A DNA stretch of 63,936 nucleotides, the filler included, from Octopus bimaculoides (lineage: Eukaryota), in assembly GCF_001194135.2 (NCBI RefSeq). It is 6 parts of 5 records of this genome, joined end to end, with 100 filler letters (N's around TTAATTAATTAA, not from the genome) between each part and the next. Parts side by side here need not be neighbours in the genome. Positions count along the whole stretch, not along the records: positions 12,609 to 26,232 come from NC_068992.1; positions 26,333 to 34,594 come from NC_069002.1; 4 more parts are not named here. One strand, given 5' to 3'. Made by a program: the position numbers and the translations under genes. The first letter of the stretch is position 1, and the number at the start of each line of letters is the position of its first letter. The notes beneath the pieces were generated by a model, which saw only the letters and a list, made by a program, of their open reading frames with translations, was not told the origin of the DNA and searched no databases. Below are positions 14,031 to 27,534 of this stretch, piece by piece.

Positions 14031-14743
14031 CGCGTTTGAACAGACAAAATGTAGTCAATGCGTATAAAGCTGATTCCTAATGCATATATTTCTTTTTCTT
14101 CATATTGCATATTTTTTTCCTTATATTTTATGTATCTTCCCATTTACCTTTCACGCAACCACATGTAAACGTATGAAAATGTAATCGAGAAGTAAGGAAA
14201 GTATGTAGACACGGATGAAAGCAGAATATTTTAAAGGAAGCGTAATTTATCTCCTTATTCCATTCAATTATTTCATCTTATCGTTATTTAAATCCATTTG
14301 CAAAAGCTCTAACTATACTAACATAATTCAGTCTATAAAGTGATATGTAATTTGGTGCAAAACAAAATTGCACTGACCATTTCGTTCACGATTTTTTAAT
14401 TCATGTTTTTGTGTCCGTCCAAGCAATCTGTAAGCACAACAGCTGGTTGAGTCTTGTGCTACAACGAAAATGACGATGCCTAATAAAACACTGGCCTTAT
14501 ACCAGTAGTGGCTCCTTCGGTGTGTGTGTATATGTATGTGTGTGTCTGTGGGTGTGAGTGTGTCTGTATGCGTATGTCTGTGAGTGTGTATGCGCGTGTG
14601 TGTGAGGTGGGGAGTAAGATTATTTATTCTGGATGCATATATGTCACTCTGCAGGGCATATATTTCTACATATAATACTGTCTGTGTCTTTCTTTACCTA
14701 ACCGCCTGCCGAATATGTCTGTCCCTCTCATTCTTCCTGTCTT

Positions 14744-14814
<71 letters not shown>

Positions 14815-15021
14815 TATACATATATTCAATATAAACCAATACTTGTTTGTAATTTTCTAGACCTGACGTAGTTTCGTTGATTAATACAGCAGACATCTTA
14901 AAATGTTAAGTTAATAAAGAAACGTAAATTAAGTTTCCTACTGTTTCATATAATCTCCTGGACTTGCTGACGCACTACTTTCTCCATTTGCCCTACGTCT
15001 TTCATATTTACCGACAAATTA

Positions 15022-15022
15022 G

Positions 15023-15075
<53 letters not shown>

Positions 15076-15087
15076 TTACTACTAAAG

Positions 15088-15163
<76 letters not shown>

Positions 15164-15203
15164 TAACAACAAGAACAACAAGAACAACAATAATAATAAT
15201 AAT
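15022..15203 (+). repeat. Compound trinucleotide (ACT)n(AAT)n(AAC)n
   Basis: Directly visible; source of the poly-T/poly-N pseudo-ORF. Confidence 0.97.
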
Positions 15204-15841
15204 GTTTTCTAAGAAGAAGAAGACTGCAAATACTACTACTACTACTACTATTAAACAACTGCTACCACTATTGCAATGAAGTTAACTAGCACCACCAATG
15301 ACTCAGTATGCTATTTTGTTTCTTGCCACCATAGGCTTTACACCTGTTTTCTTTCATGATATTTCCAAAAAATGAAACACCATGCTGTGTTGTTTTTTTG
15401 AAACATTGAAGAGAAAACTGTAAATTATTTTAGTCACGCACACACTCCCACACACATACACATATTATAATATAAATGGATGTGTTTGTAAGAGTGTGTT
15501 TGTAAGAATAAACTTGAACAAATATTTCTGTTCAAATACGTCACTTCTGTTTTTATTCTACATATATTGTATCACATTTGAAAAGTAATATCTACATATA
15601 TTGTATCACATTAGAAAAATAATATCTAACCTACCAAGAAAATATAGAGTAACATATACAAATTTGAATAACCAATATTATTATAATAACAGGGTTACTT
15701 ATAATATATTTTAACCCAGACAAATGCAGGATGACAGAACTTTCTGAATAATATGAATGATAACTGTAGAAACATTATGAAATTATGAAAGAAAAATAAT
15801 TGTAATGATGTTATTAGTTGCTTAAATGTAATAGTTATAGA

Positions 15842-16040
15842 ACGTGGTGAATTTCCAGAACTGTTAGCACGCCAGACAAAATGCTTAGCGGCATTTCGTC
15901 CGTTTTAACGTTCTGAGTTCAAATACCACCGAGGTCGACTTCGCTTTGATCGATAAAATAAGTACCAGTTGAAATCTGAAGTTAATATAATTGACTTGTC
16001 ATTCCTCCGAACTTGCTGGCCTTGTGCCAAATTTGAAAAT
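15842..16040 (+). mobile_element. tRNA-derived SINE family A, near full length
   Basis: gaactgttagcacgccagacaaaatgcttagcggcatttcgtcc...gttctgagttcaaat...gaggtcgac...ataagtaccagttg...cttgctggccttgtgccaaatttgaaa. Confidence 0.85.
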
Positions 16041-16959
16041 AATATCTAAGCCTATAAAGTTTCAGTTTCAAATTTTTGAATGATCCTGTTGTCTCAAAGT
16101 TTACCATGTAAAGCTCCAGAATTTATTAGAACATACAGTATAAAATATTATATTATCATAATATATAGAAATATTAATGTACGTAAATAATAAGTGCTGC
16201 TACAGGCCATTCAACCAAAGTTTCTCACTTTTGGAAGAAAAGAAATTGAGATAGATACACATGGCATTTCTCACACAAGAATATGGAAGATTCTGAGAAA
16301 CTAAGTCACATGTAAAAAGGGATGAAGAGAAAATGGATCTTGATACTCTTTGGTATGTTATCTTCTTATCTTCAGTGAAATCAAATAGAAATTTAAACCC
16401 TACAGTATTTGAACTTACTACGTAGTTAACTGGGACAAATAATAATAGATATCCTAATGGACGTTCTAACCCTTCTGATGATTTCGACTTTATTCCATGA
16501 AATGCGAGTAGCAAGATGTGGTGGTTACAAAATTTGCAAATACAATATACATAGCTAGGTAGGTTCTGCTAGTTTGCTTTGTGTCATAAGATAATGTAAA
16601 AAGGAATTAGTTGTGGCTGCACAGAAAATGAGAGATTTATGACGTGTGAAAGCCAGAAAATAAGTTTGACTTCTATGAATTATGCAGAAACTTTCTGTAA
16701 GCCTCAGCGTCGACACGAGGATAATTAACTATACAAGAGGAGAGTACAATGAATATACGAGCATTCCCATCCACAAACGCACGCACGCACGCACACACAG
16801 ACACTCAAACACACACAAATACACACTCACACATACATATATTGTTTCCGCTACAGGTTAACGAAAAAGACATTTTTGCACTCCACCATGCCACCCGTGA
16901 AGAGGTATTGAATTACAACTATCACAACTCTTAAATACGAAAGGACCAAGAAAAAGCAA

Positions 16960-17270
16960 AGCCAAGTATACATACATTGGCTATCGGCCCGATCAAAAGT
17001 GAAAGTGTATACCTGCAGTCTTTTTGTGATGTATAAAATCACGAATAGCAAATGTAATGGATTGTACACCGGAAGTAACATCAACCATGTACACATACGG
17101 ATTCAGAACAACTCTACGCAAAACTTTTTTCCGTCAAAGAACGCCCACGAAAATGCTACACCCAAGATAAAGTTTCCATTGCAGCTACTAAACGAAATAG
17201 TGGAGACCTGAGGATAAAGGAAGCTGTTCTAATTACCAAGACTAACCTACATATTAATGACAGAACCTAG
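16960..17270 (+). mobile_element. Penelope-like element remnant, GIY-YIG endonuclease region
   Basis: CSLFVMYKITNSKCNGLYTGSNINHVHIRIQ resembles the PLE GIY-YIG pattern C..VVYKITC..C...YIGST.R.L..RI.EH; after a frameshift, LRIKEAVLITKTNLHINDR resembles the typical C-terminus (L.IKEA..I....P.IN). Confidence 0.7.
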
Positions 17271-18067
17271 TTGTTTGCAGCTGATTGTCTACAATATTAA
17301 CACAGAGCAACCCTTCATAGGCATACACTACAGAACTAAGAAGTCAGCTCACCACATATTATCTCCGGAGATTGCATGAGAAAGGAAAAGAAGAAACCAT
17401 CAGCTTCTGTTATCTTTTGTAACTTTCACTATTTTAATTTTATAAAAACAAAAATTAAGACACACACGCATGCACACATATATATATATATACAGAAACT
17501 TCACAAATCACAGCTATCATTACTACTGGGTTTGCGCTTCCAATATTCGGTTAACTGTGAAGTGAGATATCTCTACCACTTAGTAGATACACTCAAAGGT
17601 AAATACACTCAAAGTTATTAAGAATCTTGTTTAAATTACTCGAGGGTTCTTTAGTGACGTAAGAAGAAAGAACGAGAATGACAATGAAAAAAGATATTAA
17701 ATGATAAAAATAAAAAGTTTGTGTAAAAGAAAAAAAACTTTTGAAAAATATTTCAAATAGAATAGGATAAAAATAGAGAAATGTAAATAAAAGAGAAACG
17801 AAACAAAGATAAAGATGAAAATGTATAAACGAAAACTATTGTAAATCTAAGTATGTTGTCCTAGTAACATAAATCTTGAATATAAAGCGTAAAAACTATA
17901 ACGTATTCTTCTGTAGCTACATAAATAACAGTGTAGGTAGAGAAGGCAAATAGATAACATTAGTTTTATACATTCATTCAGTTTATGATTTATGTCACCA
18001 GGACAACAGATCTCATTCATTTATTTCCACAATACATATATATACACGTATACATACCATACTGTAC

Positions 18068-18131
<64 letters not shown>

Positions 18132-20186
18132 GTGTATATATGTGTGTGTGCATATGCATGTATTTATATATTATATATAAATATGAGTGTGTATGAAAGT
18201 GTGTATGCATAGAACTGAATTTCTGACCACACGGTCTCGTTTTATAACGCTTAAACACCACCAATTGAACTCTATAAATAACCCTTAATTAACCTACCTA
18301 AGCCACAGTTAGGTATACAGAGCAGGAGAATATTTGATACAGTCTTTTCCTAAGATGTAGCTAATATACTTTCCATTAGATGTGCGAGCAGAATCGCGAG
18401 GTGAACGAGATAAACTGTAAATTTTTACAGAACGATATCGTGAACTTTTATCCTCTTGTAACCAAACTTTTACTAATTAATTTCGTATATTTTAGGAAAT
18501 AAAATTGCTGATATTAATGAGTCGGACCTTAAATCATGGTTATGAAGAATGTAAGAAAACCACCTCTAATTTTTGATAACGAAACTTATATTTACAAAAA
18601 AAGCAAGGATGAATTGTTTGATTTAACTTTGTGTTATACGATTGTGATCAGATGAGTAAAATTATAGGGTTATAAATTCTAAATTCATTATGGATAAATG
18701 TCATAAAATTAATAGCTTATATTATGATGATTGAGCAATCCTATTGAGAAAATGCAATGCTCATAGACAGGTTTAATGTAGGAAAGACCTAATTTAATTA
18801 TCTCGAGTATTAGACGCAAGCATAAAGTTTCGATGCGCAACCTAGAGAAGATAACATTAGTTTTAGAAAATTGTATACATACACAGGCAATCGAATATCT
18901 CATCCAGTATCTGGGGAAGTTTTCGACAGTGTTAGTAAACAATCATCAATATATTTCCTGAAAATGTGGTTACGGGGACAGCCAGGTTTTACAAAGCAGA
19001 GAAATAGGGTAAACTTCAAATGGATTAGATACGAAAATAATACACTAAGAGAAATGAACGTAGAAATAGGAAAAGGGATATTGGATGGTACTTTATTTAC
19101 AAGTAAAAACAATTACAGGTTTATTTCGAATTCCTTAATTGAAAGGTTACTATTTCCCGTTGAGTTATACATAGGACGATCTTAAGTATTAATTGTAATA
19201 AAGTTAGTTATTGAAACTGTAATGATTTTGGATCTTATTTCGTCTATTATAATATTAAACTACTAAATGCGACAGAGAGACTAGAATCTAATCAACACTA
19301 CACACGCAGCTGTAAAATTCCTGAAAATTCTCCAGTAAGTAGTAAGTGTAAGGCAAATTGGTAATATACGGCGCTATATTCGAGTCATTAGAGATAATAT
19401 GAAAGTGTATGTTTGGGTAAATGAATTAACATTTAAAAATCAATGCTATCAGCATTAGCATTCATTTAACAAGCCTAGTAAATAAAAATGTGCCATGGTT
19501 TTATCAAAATAACCTGGTTGATTGTGAATAAGTGAATAGTAGATTCATATGAAAAAAGATAAGCTATAACGAGAAGATGAGACTTTTTCAAAATAGAAAA
19601 GGTTTAAACAATGGAAGGGAATTATTGGCACACTGTATCTGGGAAAGTAAACATAATTGGTCTAATTATTAGCCTCATTGGTTTTGAATTGGTTCAGTGA
19701 AACTATTTTATATCGATGTGGCAATTCTTTTCACATAAGTGGGTTTTGTTGCGTTTTCGGTTTTGTAATTTTTTTAAAATTGCTTAAACAGCAACGGAAC
19801 ATTCCTTAGAGAAGGATTGCAAGAGCCAGAAATAAGTTGGAAACACGATATCAAAGCAGATGTTATTATTTTTAACATATTATTTGCATGATTCTTTTAA
19901 AAATTTAAGCATTTATCCGGCCGACTTTCGCATACCTGATGAAACTTTTGGCCCAAAATCCGGTCATTTAAACCATAATACATGCAGATTGTCAGCCCAA
20001 AGATTGTAGACGCGAAACTGTGATTACTGGCATTTTTTAGGCATTCTGTTAAAATCAATGTATACATTCTATACACCCTCTTTGTGTATAGAGTACTATA
20101 ATTTATCTCTTCTTGATGAATCAACGTAAATTCGTATATCTATACATACATACATACATACACAGACACACACACCCACACACACA

Positions 20187-20247
<61 letters not shown>

Positions 20248-20630
20248 NNNNNNNNNNNNNNNNNNNNNNNNNNNNNNNNNNNNNNNNNNNNNNNNNNNNN
20301 NNNNNNNNNNNNNNNNNNNNNNNNNNNNNNNNNNNNNNNNNNNNNNNNNNNNNNNNNNNNNNNNNNNNNNNNNNNNNNNNNNNNNNNNNNNNNNNNNNNN
20401 NNNNNNNNNNNNNNNNNNNNNNNNNNNNNNNNNNNNNNNNNNNNNNNNNNNNNNNNNNNNNNNNNNNNNNNNNNNNNNNNNNNNNNNNNNNNNNNNNNNN
20501 NNNNNNNNNNNNNNNNNNNNNNNNNNNNNNNNNNNNNNNNNNNNNNNNNNNNNNNNNNNNNNNNNNNNNNNNNNNNNNNNNNNNNNNNNNNNNNNNNNNN
20601 NNNNNNNNAAAGAAGCCCATCATATATATG

Positions 20631-20673
<43 letters not shown>

Positions 20674-20947
20674 AATAGTGTACATTTGAACACAAGAGAA
20701 ATTGCCTTTCACAGGTAATTTTATATGCTAGAAGAAGCAGTCAAAACGACCGAAACCACATTTAAGTGCAAGGGAATGAAAAATAAAACTTCTTACATTG
20801 TTATTTTTTTACGGTTATACCTAGATTTCGAATTATTTTAACAAATAAAATAATTTGCTAGGAGAAATTCTCATCATTTTATGTTATGATTTTTCAAATT
20901 CACCGCGCAAGCGCAGTTTCGGTCGGCAGTAAATGAAAAATGCCGAA

Positions 20948-20986
<39 letters not shown>

Positions 20987-20991
<5 letters not shown>

Positions 20992-21312
20992 GAGAGGATC
21001 CATTGGTTCATGACCTTGGGATCGCATCTAGAGAATCACCCACGCAGGCACAATCCGGGCAAGGTTGTTTATGGAAGACCAGCATTCACCCATGCACAAC
21101 ACCACCCACTATCCACGCCAACGATGCTGTCCAAGAGAAAGTCAAAGGCCAATACAGCTTTGCACCAGTGACGTCGCATCTGATTTCTACAGCTGAATGA
21201 ACTGGAGCAACGTGAAATAACATGTCTTGCTCAAGAACACAGCATACAACCCGGTCCAGGAATCGAACACACTACCCTGTGATTGTGAGCTCGACGATCC
21301 AACCACTGAGCC
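20987..21312 (-). mobile_element. CORE-like SINE family C, near full length
   Basis: Reverse complement: ggctcagtggttgg (A box)...gttcgattcctgg (B box)...tgtgttcttgagcaagac..atttcacgttgctccag...; its tail is related to 5890-6005. Confidence 0.8.
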
Positions 21313-21424
21313 AAGAGACAATATATGTAGAAGGATGCAACTAAATTCAAGGCAAAGTGAAAAAAATAGAACTTCAATAGCAAGGGTTGAGTAATTAACT
21401 ATTTATTGGAATATTCTCGTCCGA

Positions 21425-21710
21425 ACATCTACCAGGTGCAAATATGAGACTTGATATAGTTATATGAGAAAGAAAAGGCTTGTATAGGCATACGGATTAG
21501 TTGTCTTGCAGAATTAAACATATTTTCCAAAACCAAGAAGAAGGAGAATATTATTGGTGCAGTTAGTCATGTTAATAAATACTTAAACCATAATTTGGAG
21601 AAGCTGAGGTTTTCAAGCAAAGAAAAACCCGACTAAGACGAACGTAACAAATACAAGCTGTAAGTGGAACAATAAAAATATGCGAAACTTTCCAAAAGTT
21701 GAATATTTAA
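21425..21710 (+). mobile_element. Decayed R4/Dong-like RLE C-terminal fragment
   Basis: RLDIVI..., NIIGAVSHVNKYLNHNLEKLRF (cf. IIGALGTV.K.L...LEKL), IQAVSGTIKICETF. Confidence 0.5.
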
Positions 21711-24602
21711 GAAAACTGTTCCTATCCAAATTCCAATGCTGGAGTTTTTCTTTCTGTGTCAGAAACCAGCTCCTTCATTGTATAAAGAATGCTATTAAGT
21801 AAAAAGAAGTTATACGTTTATAGATATATAAATACATGCATATGCACCGTTTTTGTAACAAAAGGAAAGTGGACTCATACAGACCAGCGTATAATTGTAT
21901 TTGTTCGTCTTAAGTTTTATGCCGTTATTTATGTTCCACGTTACACGCTCATTCAGACAGCAGCTTAAAATATTGACACCATATTAAACTGCCGTCTGAA
22001 TGTTTGACATTTCAGCAAGTTCTAAACTCAAATATTATTATCATTACTATTACTATTATTATTATTATTATTATTAATGTTATTTTTTCTTGCACCTACA
22101 AATGTTATTAGGAATGACATTAATATCACCTCTTCCATTTTCATCAAAGACGACGTAGTTATTTATTAAAAAAAAAAAAAAGTGGTGGGGGGGGGGGAAG
22201 AAGGAAGTTTGATTGTTGATGCTAAACCAGAAATATACCGACCTTTACATTTTGCAAACCATCAATTGAAGTTCCATGCCGGCAAGCTGAAATATTTAGC
22301 AATCGTAGCAATGTCTAGATGTGTAAAATAAAATATTCTACTGTTCTATATTATTAGACTAATACTAGAAACAAATATATTTAACCTTTCCGTTATCTTT
22401 TTCCTTATCTCTTCTTACCAGGCATCCTTTTTTTTTTCCTTTTTCTCTTCTCACAATTATGTATGTGTGAGATGGGCCTTACATGCAAACGTGGTGATTC
22501 TATTTCTCTCTGTCTCTCTTTCACTCTCTCTTATGCAACCACACAAAAACAAGTATTCTATCAATTTCTAAACCCACACACTTAAAATTAGATAAACGCT
22601 ACAAGTACACACACATACACACAAACACACACACATGAACACACACATACAGAGAGAGAGACGATGCTTGCAAATATAGACAGGCTTTCGGCGAATTCCG
22701 ATAAATTTCCCAAATTCCAAGAGCCTGCCGTTATAAAAATTGATTTTGATTTAAATGTCAACGTAAACTGGAGGATTTGGTAATTATTTTAAGGAATCGG
22801 ATAATGGAATTTCGAATACAGACGGATTGGTTTTGTTTATACAGCTAAAACTATAGCGTGAATTGATACATGTGCTCTCCAAAGTCCGATATTTCTACAC
22901 TACATTAAGATCATTTCTCCGAGAAACATTATATTGATTTTTTTGGTCAGCGTAGAAAACCGTCATTTATGATATAGCAAGCTAGATGCAAAGTTTACAC
23001 ACACGCACACACACACGCACTCTCTCTCTCTCTCTCTCTCTGTCCTTCTATCTCTCACTCTTTCTCTCTCTACATATATATATATAATTCTTTCTTCTTG
23101 CTATCTTTAGTTCTGCCATAGCTACAATGATCTAACGAGTCAACGTCGGATTTTCTGCTTTGTCGTTTGTTCTGCTAGAAATAGTAATCAAATTTCACTC
23201 AAATTTCACTCTGTTGTCTTATACAAAATATATACAGGATAATGCGAAACGAGGTAGACTATCCCTCATGGATAGGGATGAATAGTCATATTTCTTAAGG
23301 TTGCGTGGGTGGAGACCATTTGATCATAAATCGCTTCGACCAGGGTCTAAACACTAAGAGCACCAATGGTCAGTGTTCCTTTTGAATTAACTAGGTTCAT
23401 GCTTGCTACTCAAAGTAACTCTCTCTTTCTCTCTCAGGTTACAGCTATTTCACCTACGGGAACATAGCTCATAGTAACGCGCTTCACTCTGTATATTCAG
23501 CTGTATTAAAGTCTCTCTTTCTCTCTCTCCCCTTCTCTCTCTCTCTCTCTCCCTCTCTCTCACACACACACACACATACGCACACATATACATACACACA
23601 TACACACAGAGCATTTGTCTGTTAGCACATATTGCATATGTGCTTCGATGTTTGATGTGTGCTTATGTATGTCTTTAACTTTGAACTCAAAAGGTTAAAC
23701 ACGCCAATTCGGTATATATAGAATATTGATATTTAACCAACATCAATGTAAGAAATTCATTATGATTATATTAATTACCTTCGCTTTCTTTTATATGAAA
23801 TAATCTTTACAATCTGAATACTGAAATCATTGAAGACGGTACCCGAATACATCTGCGGTCCAATGGTTGGAATCAGCGAAAGATTAAACACATATCAGAA
23901 CGTAGGGTTCTTCAAGGTTATATTGATTGCGTTCGTTAGATTCTATAGTGAGACGTAAACTTACTGAACAGCGATGGTCTTTACTATTCAAAGAAGTTTG
24001 CGAGATAAGAAAGCTGTTATTACCTTACATTTCTCTTTTCTTTGCTATTTTATTTCTTTCTGCGTTATTCTATATTATTATTCATGTTCTGTCATAATAT
24101 ACGTTCTGTTAAAACATGTAATTCTACTACAAAACACATGCTAATCACAATAAAGATATATATATACTGTATACCACAAATGTACGCCTGATGTATATAG
24201 TACTAAATACCTATACACGAAAATATATACAAACCCAAATTTCATCCTTCGATTTTTGCAGAGAAGTTTCTCGACAAAGAAACGTCATTAATTAGGAAGT
24301 TTCAACACTTGAAACAAAATATCATGATCATTAATTCATCACATCGTGTTTTACTGAACGGCTTACACTAATATTTAATATCGCAGAAGATCATAAGCAA
24401 TCTACTTACAACATCAGTGCATCCTTAAAACTGTTTCAACAATCGACACCTGAGATAACAACGATCTCAATACCCACGTCTCACTCTGTACTTCCTGGTT
24501 TTTGTCAGCGCTGCTTAGGAAGATACCTCAAAGGTGACAGTAAAACAGTTCATCAATGAGACGCCATGCGTAATTTTATAAAATATTTTTACTTTCAATC
24601 TA

Positions 24603-24647
<45 letters not shown>

Positions 24648-25397
24648 GAATGTTCCAATAATCTAAGATTATAAGAAGTAACTGTTTGCCCATTAACAGT
24701 CTTCTAAACAACAAATACCTCAGTTAGTAGTTCATTATTTCTAAGTGACCCTTAACTTTTGGTTGCCGCAATTTGGGTGATTATTTGTTTATTTCCTTAT
24801 AACTTACGAAATATTTATTCCATTCACTTGAAATTTTCACAAACGATAGATATTAGATATATTCAAATATGTATAAAATATCTAGTCTCAACGTTTTGTT
24901 AATATTCTATAATAACTATATTCTTACTGACCCTTATATTATGGCAAATCTCTGTGTTTGTTTGTGTGGATGTGCGCGCGCGCGTATCTTGTGAAAACAT
25001 GATATAATATGATTCAGAAGTCCATACAACGTTTCTTCATGATTTTACGCCTTAAGACCAAAGATAAGGGAATTGGTTAAACAAACTCGCCAGACTCAAC
25101 GTTTGAAACCTGAAGTGTATAAATTGCCAGCTAAATTGATGGGTGTTATCGCTCATACACATACATATGTACTTCTAGTTACGCAGAGTACGCACACACG
25201 CGCATGCCTACACAGACACACTCACGCGTATACACACACGTAATTATATACGAATACACATGCTAGTTTAGCTCAAATCTAACCGTTTCTGTTAGGTAAT
25301 CTTTTACTTTGTTCTTTAAACACTGGCAGACTCCCCTCCCTACCCCGAAAAACGATGCACTAGCAGTAATTCTAGACGGTTATCCGACCGCCCATTA

Positions 25398-25567
25398 TCT
25401 TCTTCTTCTTCTTCTTCTTCTTCTTCTTCTTCTTCTTCTTCTTCTTCTTCTTCTTCTTCTACTTCTTCTTCTTCTTCTTCTTCTTCTTTTTCTTCTTCTT
25501 CTTTTTCTTCTACTTCTTCTTCCTCTTCTCCTCTTCTTCTTCTTCTTCTTCTTCTTTTACTTCTTCA

Positions 25568-25626
<59 letters not shown>

Positions 25627-25628
25627 TT
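25398..25628 (+). repeat. (CTT)n microsatellite, imperfect
   Basis: Directly visible; source of the poly-L/F pseudo-ORF. Confidence 0.97.
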
Positions 25629-26185
25629 ACCATTGCCATTTTTTCTCGTTTCTACTTCTCTTTTCCTCTAATTCTCTCCCTTTCTCTTCATCATGTTTCC
25701 TCTCTCTCTCTCTTTCTCTCTCTCCCTCTCTCCCTCCCTCTCTCTCTATCTCTGTTTTTTTTCTGAAATATTCACTTCCCTCTTAAACAAAGAGTCTAAC
25801 AACTAATACAATAACAAGCCTCATCCTTCACCTCCTCTACAACCAACACCTACAGCATCATATAGCCCACCCCCAAAACACAGACATAATCGCACACACA
25901 CAAACAAACATACACAAACACACATATCTATATGTATGTATGTGCCTTCGCTGCCAGCACGGCGACTATTATTTTTCGTACCGTATCTCGCCACGAGCAG
26001 AAGTATCCCCGCTGATAGGTTCTCACATAGATAAGATAACAGCAACTCTAGTAGAGGTAGGTATTGGAATGGAAAACTAGTCAGAACCAGTTTCGTTCTC
26101 TTTGCCTTCTATTCTCTTCCTCACTTGTTTACTTTCTTACTCCCTTCCTCGTCCTCCCCCTCTTCCTCTCCCTCAGCATATATAC

Positions 26186-26232
<47 letters not shown>

Positions 26233-26276
26233 NNNNNNNNNNNNNNNNNNNNNNNNNNNNNNNNNNNNNNNNNNNN

Positions 26277-26288
26277 TTAATTAATTAA
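26277..26288. other. Assembly linker TTAATTAATTAA
   Basis: Flanked by 44 N on each side. Confidence 0.92.
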
Positions 26289-26382
26289 NNNNNNNNNNNN
26301 NNNNNNNNNNNNNNNNNNNNNNNNNNNNNNNNATATATATATATATATATATATATACCCAGGGGGCGTTGCGGTTACTTAA

Positions 26383-26818
26383 AAAATGACAAAATGTATT
26401 GTAAATACACAAACAATGAACGTATAACGTATATTGAATACACGAACAGACGGAAGATGGACATAGAAGTTTCCTAATTCTTCATCAGTAATCAACCAGA
26501 TAGTAATACTCAGTTACGCACCATTATGGGTAAGACTGAGGGGCTTCCCGTGCTGGCGGTGCCTGCGAAAGTTGCGGAGAATATAGGGCCAAAAGCAAGC
26601 AAAACATGGATTACAAACGATACAGACGTAGACATACGACAGTGAATAAATGTAATTTATGACGATGGATGAAGGGCAAAAACGAAATAAATAAGAAACG
26701 AGCAAAATATAGCCTCAGGGCCAACAAGACACTATCTTCTGTCCGTTTGTGTACTCAATATACCTTATATATTTCTTTTAATTTTTCGTTTGTGTATTTA
26801 CAATACATTTTTCATTTA
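26383..26818. mobile_element. Foldback/MITE-like element with ~75-bp imperfect terminal inverted repeats
   Basis: Left aaaatgtattgtaaatacacaaac...gtatattgaatacacgaacagacggaagat; right is the reverse complement (atcttctgtccgtttgtgtactcaatatac...tttgtgtatttacaatacatttt). The interior aattcttcatcagtaatcaacc...tcagttacgcacc resembles the arm of 33861-34538. Confidence 0.7.
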
Positions 26819-27434
26819 TATATACATATATATATATAACAGTCATTTTATTGCCTACCTTGATACTATCAGCATCTATTATGAAATTATAACAATATTA
26901 TTAATTACAAAATCATGAATATCTTTCAAAAATGTGAAACCGGTTGATTAAATAAGCGTCATATTATTTCATACATAGAATTTTAGCATAAAGATTTCTT
27001 GGTTTCTTTTTTCTTTTGTTTGTTTTTGTGTTTTCTAACAACGTGCTTGTCTTGAAACGACGTCGCAATTTCTTAATATTTGACACATTTCACGAGTAGA
27101 TCCAATTGCAACCCCAAATAATAGAACAATCTCAGGTTTGAGGTTCACTTAAGGGTAAAGCCGGTTGAGTCATGTAGTGAAGTTCTGAGTGGCTGAAAAC
27201 CCTCGAGGAGAGCCGACTACGACATGGGAAACTATGGATCTTTATGCTCTGAGTTCTTAATCTTATGGTTCTCTTTCTGCATACTCGATGGGCCATAGTT
27301 CCGGGGTGGCCTATGTGTTGTGTACGTGATTACGATCTGACTATCAATGTAGAGCTCATCTAATCACACGTAGATTTGTTTTTATTTCTTGGGTGTTCTC
27401 TTGTCACCATCACTGTACTGTAATGGGAACGAAG

Positions 27435-27500
27435 AATGTGTGTGGGGGTGAGTATGTGTGTGTGGGGGTGAGTATGTATGTGTGGGGGTGAGTATGTGTG
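27435..27500 (+). repeat. ~20-bp minisatellite (gtgtgtgggggtgagtat) x3
   Basis: Directly visible tandem units, no spacers. Confidence 0.9.
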
Positions 27501-27534
27501 TGTGTGTGCATGCGTGAGTTCATGTGTGTGTGTG

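Noticed and set aside
14964-15212. Poly-Thr/poly-Asn ORF
   Set aside because: (ACT)n(AAT)n microsatellite.
16857-16904. 48-nt AG/GT-bounded segment VNEKDIFALHHATREE, ankyrin-like (or MPPVKR start)
   Set aside because: Lacks the G-x-T-P spacing of an ankyrin repeat, has no partner exon, and lies immediately 5' of the Penelope-like remnant.
23438-23510. Good acceptor (ctctctcag) followed by open frame YSYFTYGNIAHSNALHSVYSAVLK
   Set aside because: The pyrimidine tract is a (CT)n microsatellite; no convincing donor or partner exon.
25309-25671. Poly-Leu/Phe membrane-like ORF
   Set aside because: (CTT)n microsatellite.
27435-27500. Short regular repeats checked as a CRISPR array
   Set aside because: Eukaryotic context, no unique spacers, no cas genes.
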